This document shows, piece after piece, positions 1-10,737 of a stretch of 23,030 nucleotides of DNA. Position 1 is the stretch's first letter; each line of letters begins with the position of its first letter. Made by a program: the position numbers and the translations under genes. Origin of the DNA: Ginkgo biloba (taxonomy: Eukaryota > Plantae > Ginkgophyta); NCBI GenBank assembly GCA_024626585.2, contig JANKJI020000002.1, positions 235,906,774 through 235,929,803 on the forward strand, in the 5' to 3' direction. The notes beneath the pieces are model-generated. The model was not told the DNA's origin. It worked only from the letters and a program-made list of their open reading frames with translations, and did not search any database.

Positions 1-890
1 ATAATTATAAATATGTAATGCATGCACTAAGGACCTACTCATAACCTCCATCTCACCATCTATTTGTGGATGGAAAGAAGTTGATCATTTCAAGTTTATA
101 TCCATCATCTTCCATAATGTGTCTTAAAGTGGCTCAAGAATATACGATCCTTATCTAAAATAATGGAAGATGGTAAACTAAAGTGAGTCCAAACATGGGT
201 GAAAAATAACTTATGGTATTAAAACTATCCTTTAGTGTGCCATCAATATAGCCATTTTTTTGAACCTATCTACCACAACAAATATATAATCATGACCCCT
301 CTTTATCACTAGGAAATCTCAAAGAAAATATATGGATATAAACTCCCATGGTTGATCTAATGCATGTAAGGTATGATACTTCCCAAGATTACTATTGGAA
401 GGCTTGGAAGTGTAACATAAAAAATATGCTTGAGCAAATATCTCCACATCTAGCTATATCTGAGGACAATAAAAGTAGAATTAAATATGTACCATGGTAT
501 TTTACATCCTAAAGTACCCTATCACTTTGGAGTGGTATGAATCATAAATCAACTAAGGTTAATAACTACCACTAGGCACACATAACAATCTAAGTCTATA
601 TAGCAACCCATATTTGAGGTGATAATATCTCAAAGAGTCCTCTTTAATAGTAAGAGGATTTAACAATTAAGCCAAAATATGATCAAAATCCACATCAATT
701 AAATATAAGTCTTCCACTCATGAAAGCCAAAATAAGAATATTTTAATACCTGCAATAAAGAATCGATAAGTGGTCTGTTGAGAAAATATACCACTATGTT
801 ATTTCTCCCTTTCTTATATTTGATGAAGATATGGAATTGTTGAAGATACCCCATCCACTTGACCAACGTGTGGTCCTCTTACCTAATCTA
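1..890 (-). mobile_element. Decayed Ty3/gypsy pol fragment: RNase H C-terminus through integrase core
   Basis: Manual minus-strand translation across stops and frameshifts gives KWMGYLQQFHIFIKYKKGRNN (RNase H end), PWEFIS..., GHDYIFVVVDRFKKMAILM and HVWTHFSLPSSIILDKDRIFLSHFKTLWKMMDINLK*STSFHPQIDGEMEV. These match the gypsy rve motifs VVVDRFSK, SDRD and HPQTDGQTE. The element runs off the window edge. Confidence 0.93.
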
Positions 891-2049
891 TAANNNNNNN
901 NNNNNNNNNNNTGTACTTTCTAATATTACCTATTAGAGAATTAAGTTATGAAATATGTGAACCCTAACTTCAAGTCAATTCATTGTATAAAAAGGACGAT
1001 GAAGAGAGGTGAAGAAATGGTGAGATTGTATTATATTCAAATTTATTATTAAGGATCTCTCTTTTAGAAAGTGATTTTTCCCATCTAGGATTTCCACTAT
1101 AATTCTTGTGTTATTGTGGTTTGTCATTTTCAATTCTCTATTAGTTATTATGTGACTTCTATTCAATTATTAGTATGATATCAAATCNNNNNNNNNNNNN
1201 NNNNNNNNNNNNNNNNNNNNNNNNNNNNNNNNNNNNNNNNNNNNNNNNNNNNNNNNNNNNNNNNNNNNNNNNNNNNNNNNNNNNNNNTAATCTACTTTGT
1301 CTTTTAATTAATAATTTAACATTACATTAAATAATCACTTACATCCAAGATGTGTTGCAACTAGCTTGACTGCTTCATGGTGCATTATGAATGGACAAAC
1401 AACAATTGGTTTCGGTTCCAAACGGCAACTAAGTGTAAGACAAATGATAATTGTGCTTGCAAACATAACTTGTGTTCTTCTGCAATTAGATTTTTCTAAT
1501 GACCAAGTCTTTGATAAATAATTTTAGTAATTGAACTAAAATAAGATGAACTACTTGTAGTTGGAGTCATGCAAACAAAGGGAAAAATTGTCTTGCTAAA
1601 CTTAGCAACCGTCCTACTAAATTCACCATTCCATCAAGCACAATTAATTATTGTTGAACTTGCGGTCATCATCTGATAGAATGTATGGATATTGTTAGGC
1701 AATCCATACAACCTCCATCCAACTATCATTGGATGTGCCATATGGTCATTGTCTAGCAGGCTATGCAATAGATCGTACAATTGGAGTTTGGTAGTACAGT
1801 TATCATCTTGTTGTTCTCTTATGGTTTGTCTAGCTACCATCTAGTGACATGTATGACCATTGTCTGATATACCATCCGACCATCATCTAGCAAGTTATTC
1901 AATCGTTGTCCAACATGTTGTTTCCCTTACTCTATTATCAAATATTTGACTTGATTTATTTTTTTTTTAAGTGGCGTAAGCTCCCATTCATCCTTTTCTC
2001 TAGACTCCCACTACTCTTTATCAATATCTTGATTAGGCTATATAATATT

Positions 2050-2831
2050 TCACTCCAGATAATTACTATTGACTTGCCATTAGAATGGGTCTAATGCACT
2101 TGAAACAATCCCAACCATCAGATTTCTAACTTCCCTTGTTTGACCATATTTTTCCTCAGAACCCAAGATCTTGGTTATGGATCCTTGTATCTTAATTTTT
2201 AATCATGCCATGCTCTTCTACATTATCGTATGAATGAAGTAGTCTATTGGGATCGTAAGAAATTCTCATCCTATTATAGAAGTTGTTCTAACCACTATTG
2301 TAGACTCTTTGTATTGCCCAATTGATGGGTCAGCATGACTCTCAAGCTTGGAAGAGTAAATTCTATAAGCATGATTTCCTTAGCTCCAAATATCTACTCG
2401 TGTCCTATGGTGAACTTGTAAGTTGTGTAGAAGGCCCATAATGTTGATGGGAGGCATTCTACCTAGTCCCAAGTAACCACTCTACATGCTTTATGTAGCA
2501 TGTTGACTATTGCATTGTTTGTTGCTTTAGCTTTCCTTTTGATACAAGGATAATAGGGGATGGACTTATGATGGACGATCATAAATTCTGATGACAAATG
2601 CTCAATCATTCGATTGACAGAATGGTTGCCAAGTTCACTTGTCATTTGAAGTGGCTAACCAAAACGAATCATTACATCTTCATATAAGAATTCCACATGA
2701 CTTTTGGCAGAATTGTTAGGTAAAGCTCGAGCTTCTACCTATTTAGTGAGATATTATATGGCCACTATGATATAATGACCAACCCTCAACATAGGACAAT
2801 TGATTAAAGGGCCTATGAAATACAATCCTAA
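2050..2831 (-). mobile_element. Decayed Ty3/gypsy integrase, non-chromovirus (Athila/Tat-like) type
   Basis: Translation gives GLYFIGP...YIIVAI*YLTK*VEARALP...FLYEDVMIRFG*PLQMTSELGNH...HHKSIPYYP...AKATN...LPSTLWAFYTTYK...IEFTLPSLR and a GKLEI*WLGLF (GPF-like) motif. These match the DYLTKWVEA, STPYYPQ and LWAYRT integrase consensus. Includes ORF 2463..2645. Confidence 0.9.
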
Positions 2832-3882
2832 TGCAGGGGCATCGATCAATTTTTGGAGTTTTTGTTTCATGGTAGTTGGATAATTCATTTTGATGTCGCC
2901 GACATCAAACCAAGGACGGCGCATCGGCGAAGTTCATTTTTGGTCAGAGATGTCATTTTGGTGTCGCCAACATCAGACGCATGGTGGTGTGTTGGCGAGG
3001 AGATTTATTTTATTTATCGACAGATGAATTTTGAGTGCAGAAGTTGTGATTACGACTGATAGACTCGTTGCAAATTTTGCGTGTCGGTTTAAGCAAGATC
3101 GACACCGACATAGGTTAACAAGAGTGTAAAGACCAACGTCGTTGACGCTTTGCAGACTGACAGCTGATGAAGGTTGTGATCGATAGGAGTCACCGACGCC
3201 AACAAGCTAGGCATTCGACAAAGCCCAATAGAAGATGAGGTAAATCGACATCGTCAAGTGTAACTGACGTCGTCAGATGAGACTGACATTGTCAACAGGG
3301 TAAGTCAGATGATGACTAACATCGTCGACGAAGATACATGGAGAATCGACGTTGGTGGAATATATTTAAAAGGGAAATTATTTATTTGGGAAAAAAGGGG
3401 GTTCGCACTAGGGTGCTGCGAGCGCCAGGAAAATAACAAAGGATTGTCTGACACAGAAGTGGAAGTTCGACATTCGACATCGACATCCAATAGAGAAAAG
3501 AACTCACCAAAAGAAAAAGGAGCTTGGCCAATGACCAAAGGAAAATTTAGAGGCTGACATCGTTGGTGAGGCGAGTGGAGACCCACATCGTCGGTGTGAT
3601 AATAAAGGGAACTCGACACAAAAGTAGTACATCGACATCGTTAGATAGCAGAGGCATTGATCGACATCGTCGGGAAGCCGATATTGGACACCAACATGGT
3701 CGTATCATTGAAACTAGACAAACAACGTCAAGGAAGTATAGACGATGACCGACATGGTTGGTGAAACAAAATAATAGGCCAACATTGTCAGTGAAGTTAC
3801 ACAAAAGTCTAACATCCGTCGAGAAAATTATTTAGTTAAGCAACGATTTATCTTCTGTGTGAAAACTATGAGAATTTGAAAG
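2832..3882. mobile_element. CpG-rich LTR-like insertion interrupting the integrase (right end lost in gap)
   Basis: Composition switches abruptly exactly where integrase homology stops. The segment begins TG (TGCAGGGG), has no recognisable protein, contains a TATA-like TATATTTAAAAG at ~3361, and is dense in short internal repeats. No second LTR or TSD is visible. Confidence 0.55.
3632..3822. repeat. Phased array of degenerate 13-bp dyads (consensus CCGAC-N3-GTCGG), period ~28-30 bp
   Basis: Dyads start at 3632, 3661, 3691, 3719, 3749, 3779 and 3809, separated by dissimilar 15-17 bp spacers. Further copies start at 3133, 3245, 3264, 3283, 3316, 3554 and 3582. Confidence 0.8.
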
Positions 3883-3982
3883 NNNNNNNNNNNNNNNNNN
3901 NNNNNNNNNNNNNNNNNNNNNNNNNNNNNNNNNNNNNNNNNNNNNNNNNNNNNNNNNNNNNNNNNNNNNNNNNNNNNNNNNN

Positions 3983-4921
3983 CTCTTGATCCTCCATCAA
4001 CAATATTATGTGGTGTCTCCTTGTCCTAAATGGCCATCATAATTATTGTTGCCTGATCTTGATTGATATTGTGAAAGGAATCTTACTTAACATTGTCTAA
4101 AGAAATATCTCCTTGGATTGGTTCACTTGCTTCCATGCATTCCACAATGATAGATGCATCTGCCATTAATATCACTAGTGGTGGCATTTGATTCTCCTCA
4201 TATAGTTGTCTCAACATATCTTGTAAAATTTCTAGAAACTTAGATACTAGTGTGTTCACCTTTACTAGTATCTCCAATTCTAGCAATTATTTTTCTAATT
4301 GAAGTACTCAAGTATTTCATTGTGCAATCTCCTAATTTATGGCAACATTTATGTTCTTCCATTGGCATAGTATCCTCTACTTGTAGCAACTCATTCACCA
4401 ACGCTTTGGCCTTTTGCAATCTACACTTCTTCCAAGGTTCTAGATACAATTGTTTGGCTATGCCCCTTGTCTCAACCTTCAAGGTGGGCATGTTAAGATA
4501 ATCTTTCCCAATGAAATTAACTCCCTTCAGTCTTTGGAATGTCTAGCTCAATTGATTCCCTAACTCACATTCCAAACAAATCAATATTCTCTTGGCTAGT
4601 TCTGTACAATCCTTGTTGAAGTGTCCCCATTTAGAGCAACGATAACACCAGACCATTTGTTGACCTACTTCATCATACTATATGGTTGGTCCCTTATTTG
4701 TCTGAAAACTCTAATAACCACTAACTCTAGGGTTACTATCTTATCAATTTCCTTTTGATGCTTCATCATTTGGAAGATATATCTAGGCTTCTTGAGTTCT
4801 TTAGGTACTATGTGCTAATTCCTCTGTGTTATGGGAATTAACTTTACAAATGTCACAATATTTATTCCCATGTTGGGGACAATCTATTTCTAGATGGCCT
4901 TGTTGCTTCCATTTGTTAGAA
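3983..4921 (-). mobile_element. Decayed Ty3/gypsy gag (zinc knuckles) to aspartic protease start
   Basis: An intact CX2CX4HX4C knuckle CYRCSKWGHFNKDC lies at 4606-4647. Two degenerate knuckles lie upstream (SNKWKQQGHLEIDCP and CDICKVNSHNTEEL), and the protease-like motif NIVDGGS abuts the gap at ~3990. It is on the same strand and in the right order to belong with the integrase at 2050-2831. Confidence 0.85.
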
Positions 4922-5133
4922 TGTAATATTTATTTTAACATTTAATGTTAGTAGTAATAAGTGTTAGTATTAAATGTTAGTCATAGGTTATGTTAGTAAC
5001 TTTATAATTAGTCTTTATTTAATTAGGAGTTATTAATTAATGTCAACTTCCCTATGGGAATTACGGGAATTTGTCATGTATAAATAACATTGAGTATGTA
5101 TATTTGAATTCAAATGAAATAAAAACATTATAT
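4922..5133. mobile_element. Possible LTR end of another nested insertion
   Basis: Gag homology stops at TGTAATA, a typical LTR terminus, followed by AT-rich sequence with repeated TGTTAGT. It is truncated by a gap. Confidence 0.35.
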
Positions 5134-5233
5134 NNNNNNNNNNNNNNNNNNNNNNNNNNNNNNNNNNNNNNNNNNNNNNNNNNNNNNNNNNNNNNNNNNN
5201 NNNNNNNNNNNNNNNNNNNNNNNNNNNNNNNNN

Positions 5234-6088
5234 TAGAGTCTCTTACCCTTGACAAACTAAGAAATGTATCCATCTAAAGCAGTGGCATAAAGCATGTCTA
5301 GGGTGTGCCCAATCATGATAGTACGATAATTTCTCAAGTATGTAAGGTTGCTAGTTTTATGAATGGGTGGGATAATGTATGAGGTCTAAGATGGTGGGAG
5401 GCCAAAACAAACAATATCATTAAAGATGTATGAGATGTAGAAGGGAAGTAAGTCAACTCTATGTTTTAAGAATTATGATTGAATACCTTCAATGTCTAAT
5501 GCTTTGCTAGTTTACAATATATGAATGGCCTCATGTATCATGTCATCAGTGGAAACGTAACAAGAGTAGGGGTGAGTGGTGATGGTGATGGGTATCTACT
5601 TGGGTACATGATAAAGATATATGGCATAGGTATGCCAGATGTGTGGGTTAGTGATGGGACATTTGTATTTCTTAGGGAGAAAGTTTCACCTAAAATTCCT
5701 GGGTTTATATCAGAGATGGGTCTTAGTGTCTCGCCTTCTCTGAGCCAAAAAGTATATCTTCTTGGTTCAGAGAAGATGATGATAGGATCTATGTGTNNNN
5801 NNNNNNNNNNNNNNNNNNNNNNNNNNNNNNNNNNNNNNNNNNNNNNNNNNNNNNNNNNNNNNNNNNNNNNNNNNNNAAGAGTTCATGGGACAATGTCCAT
5901 GACGAGCATGCATACATTGTGATGTGGTGTGGGGAAGAAAGAGAGTGCAACAAAGCACAAGGTTTTGATAAAAAAAGGTTTTCTTCTTTATGTGGTTGGG
6001 GTGCAAGTATTGAGTGTCGGAAGGGACTCTCACAAGCATTGGTTGTACAAGGGGTCATGTGTATGATCATAGTATAAAGTGTACAATG
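5234..6088 (-). mobile_element. Decayed, 5'-truncated LINE ORF2 (linker plus N-terminal reverse transcriptase)
   Basis: Translation gives GHCPMNS..., YHHLL*TKK..., KALDIEGIQS*FLKH...YIFNDIVCFGLPPS*TSYIIPPIHKT...NYRTIMIGHTLDMLYATAL. This corresponds to the non-LTR RT motifs K(A)xGxDG / P..W....I.PIxK / NYRxI. Confidence 0.88.
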
Positions 6089-6353
6089 TGTTCATTTTGC
6101 GAGGTTTCTTTGACTCTCTCCTTGTATCCTTTTCATTGTCACCAGCGAACTTGATCCTCTGAGCATTTGCGTCTACATCCTCGCCTGTGACCCATCTACA
6201 TTGTCATCTATGAGTTTGCTTGCATCAACTTTGGTCCTCCCATGTTCTACTATTAGAACTTGTTTTGCTCGACTCCAACTCCCTAGCTCCCCTTCCCTCT
6301 ACTAATAGTATGAGAGGGAAGGAGAGAGTCAAAGAAACCTTGCAAAATGAACA
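6089..6353. repeat. 35-bp inverted repeat pair with an internal hairpin
   Basis: 6089-6123 is the reverse complement of 6319-6353 at 34/35 positions. CCTTCCCTCT (6291-6300) also pairs with AGAGGGAAGG (6313-6322). Confidence 0.9.
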
Positions 6354-6884
6354 NNNNNNNNNNNNNNNNNNNNNNNNNNNNNNNNNNNNNNNNNNNNNNA
6401 AGAACACAAGGATGCTTGTTGACAAGGATACAAGGAGAGGGTCAAAGAAACCACAAATTACATCCCTTAACAAACCTAACTACTCATCTAAATACAATGT
6501 TACAACCTAAACTTAAACTTGACATCAAATCAGATTTTGTTTTCCCTGCTTTCTTCTATACAATGTTAAATCTTTGAAGGATAAAACTTCAAGTTTAAGA
6601 TAATCAAGCAATTGACTCAAANNNNNNNNNNNNNNNNNNNNNNNNNNNNNNCCATAGGGTCTAGCAACAATTATAAACCTTAATTGAAGATCCAAATGTC
6701 AAACTCACCTGCAAAGTAAAAAACTTGTTAATTCTATTATATCTAAAGCTGATTTTGTTGCTCTTTTTTTTCTCTCCAAAATAAAAAAAGAATGAAAAGT
6801 TACAAAAATACAAAATACATAGTAAATGAAAGAAGAGAATTGTCAATTTAATTTTGAAGTTATATAAGTATGAAGTGAATTGTA

Positions 6885-7541
6885 TCGCNNNNNNNNNNNN
6901 NNNNNNNNNNNNNNNNNNNNNNNNNNNNNNNNNNNNNNNNNNNNNNNNNNNNNNNNNNNNNNNNNNNNNNNNNNNNNNNNNNNNNNNNATATACATATCA
7001 GCTACAGTGAAACTGTGTTTCCATAACTGATGACAAGCTAGAGGAGCTTGCATTTAACTCAAAATGTCCTTAATAGATCCATAGTAAATTTTTATATCAT
7101 AAGTTTGATGAAGGGCTGCGAAATTGTCTACCCTTGGAGAGATGTTGTTCTGCTTTTGTGTTTCTACTTCCAAAAGTGCAGATTCAAATGCAATAACCTG
7201 TGTAAATTGCTTGCATGCTATCAAAGTAAATGGCAGACAACAAATCACCACAGTACTAACAGAAGCATAGTAACAAGACTCGAGTTTTCAATGTTGTAAA
7301 AATACCTCGCATAACTTTGTTCTCCTGTAATAAACTGGAATTGCTCATTGGACATGGATTATGAAATACCAAATGCCCTAAAATGCTTTGTATATATTAA
7401 ATTTGCAAGACAATCGCAATGTTGTTTCAATTCAAAACCTCATCCTCAAATAATAGCATGGTTCATTTCCTTCAACATTATGTTGCCTTTTATAAATTGC
7501 AAGCAATCAACTTTGCAACATTGTAGATCTTCCATATTATA
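6885..7541. other. Insertion specific to copy A, flanked by GTA duplication and containing minus-strand exon-like pieces
   Basis: Copies C (14016-14018) and D (11437-11439) read AATTGTAAyTCCATC. Copy A reads AATT-GTA-[insert]-GTA-ACTCCATC. The insert contains a gap, so its true size is unknown. Confidence 0.7.
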
Positions 7542-7735
7542 GTAACTCCATCTGTGCATATTTAGAAATCATTTTATAAATTAATCATGCAAAATAAAGA
7601 AACGGAGCAAATAATGGGCATGATAATGCATCATCTATTTTTTATTAAAGGTGAAAACTTGAAAAGAGTAGAATGGATCATTTATTGTCTATTGGAAGTG
7701 CAAGAAACAAATAATAGAGCCATAGTTGTACTTAC

Positions 7736-7842
7736 TTGCACCAATACATCTCTGCCGAACAAAAATTCTTGAATGCAATGGAGAAAGTACATAACACCCT
7801 CTTTCTTTTTCCTAGATGCAAGCAGCCCTGCTAGCAACACAA
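7736..7842 (-). other. Exon-like block (107 nt), paralog at 14214-14320
   Basis: Both copies have tt(a)yag|TTGTG...CAA|gtaagt, the same length and ~90% identity. The only open frame reads VLLAGLLASRKKKEGVMYFLHCIQEFLFGRDVLVQ, but 8 of 10 changes between copies are non-synonymous. Confidence 0.55.
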
Positions 7843-8097
7843 CTGTAAGCCAAAATAATAAAAACATAGGTCTACATCATCAAAATCTAAAAAAGAAGAT
7901 TTACTGTGTCATAGTTCACAAGGCAGAATACATTGACAGACTAACCAAGGTTCAAGTCACACCAAAAACTGAAATGTGCATTTACCAAAAGTCTCAAACT
8001 TTAAAACAATGTTAAACTTAGGTTCCCCAAGAAAGTGGAAACATTCAGGCCATGTAACTCATTTGATTTCTTAAGTATCTTTAGGATGCATGCATAC

Positions 8098-8224
8098 CAT
8101 CCTATTTTCATCTTACACTTTGAATTGCTTTGAGACCAATAGTAAACAGTATCAAGGTTAACAAGATCAAAATTCTCTTGCAAAACCGATGATCATCTAC
8201 ATGCCAAGTGCTCCATCAACTTCC
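8098..8224 (-). other. Exon-like block (127 nt), paralog at 14536-14662
   Basis: Both copies have tttcag|G...ATG|gtat and no indel. Both carry stops in all three frames at the same positions. Confidence 0.5.
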
Positions 8225-9604
8225 CTGAAAAGTAATTGAAATGGAAAATTTTCTTCTTTATAGCTAATTTTTTTGCTCTTCCCTGATTCTATACACAACA
8301 GGAAATCTTAAAAGAACTGCACAGTAGAGAAACATAAATCTTTAATCTACCAACCTGACCAACTGCAACTTGATCCTATAGTTTTTGATAACATACAGAT
8401 TTGCAGAAATACATTTGTAAACACTGCAGAAAAATTGTCCCCATTCCTATCTTCTTAAAGGAATTCACAATCCCAAGATCATGTTATGCCCTGACATAAT
8501 AGCAAAAATAGATATGAGTGAAAACATCATTGGATTTGATTATAAAAAGAGAGTTGTGTTCCCACAAGTAAAATGAGCACCATGTCTTTGTTGTTTCTAC
8601 AAACAAAACAGTGCATTCATCAAATTGATTAAGAACATATATACGTCTAGCCTCAAGGATGTAAAACCTATAGTTTCTTAGAAGCATAATAATGCACTTA
8701 CCAAAACAATGAAATTTCCTAAGAAATCCAAAGAATTGATTATATTCTAAGATTTTTACTATCTCTCACTTAAAATTTTAAAATTTATAATCAAACCTAA
8801 TAACAAACCCTTCAACACACATAAATGAAGGATTAATGTGTTATATGTAATTAGAAGGAAATCTAGAATCTACATCTTATTGTACTCTGAAACAACTTCT
8901 ATTGACTGCCTTGCTCATATATGAACTATCTTGTAAAACATGACCTAAAAACTCTACTATGAAATTTCAATTCACCAGCATTTCTAAGTCTCTTCCTACC
9001 ATGAAATAATGATAACAAATATAATCCACATAAAATAATTGAAAGAGATGGACATTGATCAAAATAATAAAATGAATAAGCTATTGTATAATAATTATTC
9101 TTGTTTGTTATTTGCTAATAATATGCATTAACCAAAGATGGTTCAAGTGGGATGCTATAAGCTAAACAATGATTTCAACAGAAGAAAACAATGACCATAT
9201 AGGCACCTTTAAGCTCAACGTTGTTAAGTACCTAGCTAAGAGGATGATTAATTCATGAATGTGAGATCATGTGTATCAAATGGGTATACATAAACAATCC
9301 TACTAGTGTGCTACTAGATGTAGGAACATTAAGAAAGGGGTAGGGAAATGATATAAGATTGAATTGCGGAAATATAAAAATTATGCTTATTATATTAGAA
9401 CTCCTTTCATTCATAGATTCCCCATAATTAAATCTCCATCTTAAGCCAATGCTATAACTACACTTAAAGTTGAGAACATACTTACAATCCACATAATAAT
9501 GCAANNNNNNNNNNNNNNNNNNNNNNNNNNNNNNNNNNNNNNNNNNNNNNNNNNNNNNNNNNNNNNNNNNNNNNNNNNNNNNNNNNNNNNNNNNNNNNNN
9601 NNNN

Positions 9605-10525
9605 TTCATCAAATTGATTGTAACAACAGACATATTTATCCCCTTAAGGATGGAAAAACTGAAGTTTCCCACAAGCATAACAATGCACTCATCAAAATAA
9701 TGCAATTACTTAATAAATGTAAAGTGTTACTTATATTCTAAGCAGTTTACTAGCTCTTATCTTAAAGCCTGTAAGCAAATCTGTTAACAAATCCTTCAAC
9801 ACACATAAATGGTGGATATGAAAAGAACATTATCATTTGCTGTCCAAAACAAATGAAATCCAGAGATTACATCTTACTATACTCTGAAAATGCTTCTGTC
9901 AACGGCCTTGCTCACATATGAACTATCCTGCTGAACATTACCTGTAAATTCTGTTGTGAAATTTGAAATTTCCAATATTTCTAAGTCTAATCCTGCCATG
10001 GAACAACAATAACAAATATAATCCACATACAAACAATTGAAAGAGATGCACTTGCTGATGAAAACAATAATATGCATAAGTAATTGTATATAATTGTTCT
10101 TCTCTGTTATTTGTTAATGATATGCATTAACCAAAAATGGTTTAGGTAGGATGCTACCATATGGAAAAATAGTTAACCTAAAAATGAATTTGGCAGAAGA
10201 TGACAATAACCATTATTTGGTCACGAGGTTAACCTGCGTTTAAGATCAATACTGTTAAGTGCCTTGCTAAGAGGTTGATTACTTCACGAATGTGAGGTCA
10301 TTTGGGTATATATATAGAATTCTACCAATGTCCTAATAGAGGCTAGTTTTGGGTAGGCTTTCGATTTTTATCAAATGGGTGGGAACATTTAGCAAGGGGT
10401 CAAGAAATGTTACAAGATTGAATTGCAGAAATATAAAATATTGCTTATCATATTAGGCCCCCTTTTATGATGTCCCAGAAATGACTCTCCATCTTAACTT
10501 TAAGCCAATTTGAGACCTACACTTG
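9605..10525. repeat. Tandem duplication unit, copy B (partial; starts at a gap)
   Basis: Shared anchors with A and C include CCTTGCTCAyATATGAACTATC, ATATAATCCACATA and (A/B) GATTGAATTGCrGAAATATAAAA. Confidence 0.92.
9878..9992 (-). other. Exon-like block (115 nt), paralogs at 8881-8995 and 15291-15405
   Basis: All three copies have an AG acceptor. The donor is gtaag (B), gtgag (C) or mutated ataag (A). Length is identical in all three while the flanks have many indels. The frame is open only in copy B (LDLEILEISNFTTEFTGNVQQDSSYVSKAVDRSIFRV). Confidence 0.45.
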
Positions 10526-10737
10526 ACAACAAGCACACACATATGAACCGCATAAGAACACAATCCAACAACATAACACAACAAAGGTACATATGTAGAA
10601 ACCACATTAAAATTCAGTCCAATAACACTAAACAATAAAGACAAAAGTCGCATGCATTTACAAAGTGCAATAGCCATATACCCAAACACACAAATTTGTC
10701 AAACATCAAAGAAATGAGAAACAACTCTTGGCATGCA

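Larger units (their letters stand above)
6400..9504. repeat. Tandem segmental duplication unit, copy A
   Basis: It aligns colinearly by eye with 13539-15501 (A 6400-9088) and with 9605-10525 (A ~8617-9467), roughly 70-90% identical depending on block (visual estimate). Confidence 0.95.

Noticed and set aside
2853-3804. Cluster of overlapping ORFs in the GC-richer insert
   Set aside because: There are no recognisable domains, ORFs occur on both strands, and they are explained by higher GC and fewer stops.
3632-3822. CRISPR-like appearance (palindromic repeats with unique spacers)
   Set aside because: The repeats are only 13 bp and degenerate, the spacers are 15-17 bp, there are no cas genes, and the context is a plant TE.
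5521-6077. Plus-strand ORFs of 133 and 94 aa
   Set aside because: They are antisense shadows of the LINE ORF2 and span an N-gap.
8594-9700. TGATGA box C-like motifs suggesting intronic C/D snoRNAs
   Set aside because: No CTGA box D or terminal stem is conserved across copies, and no rRNA-complementary guide is recognised.
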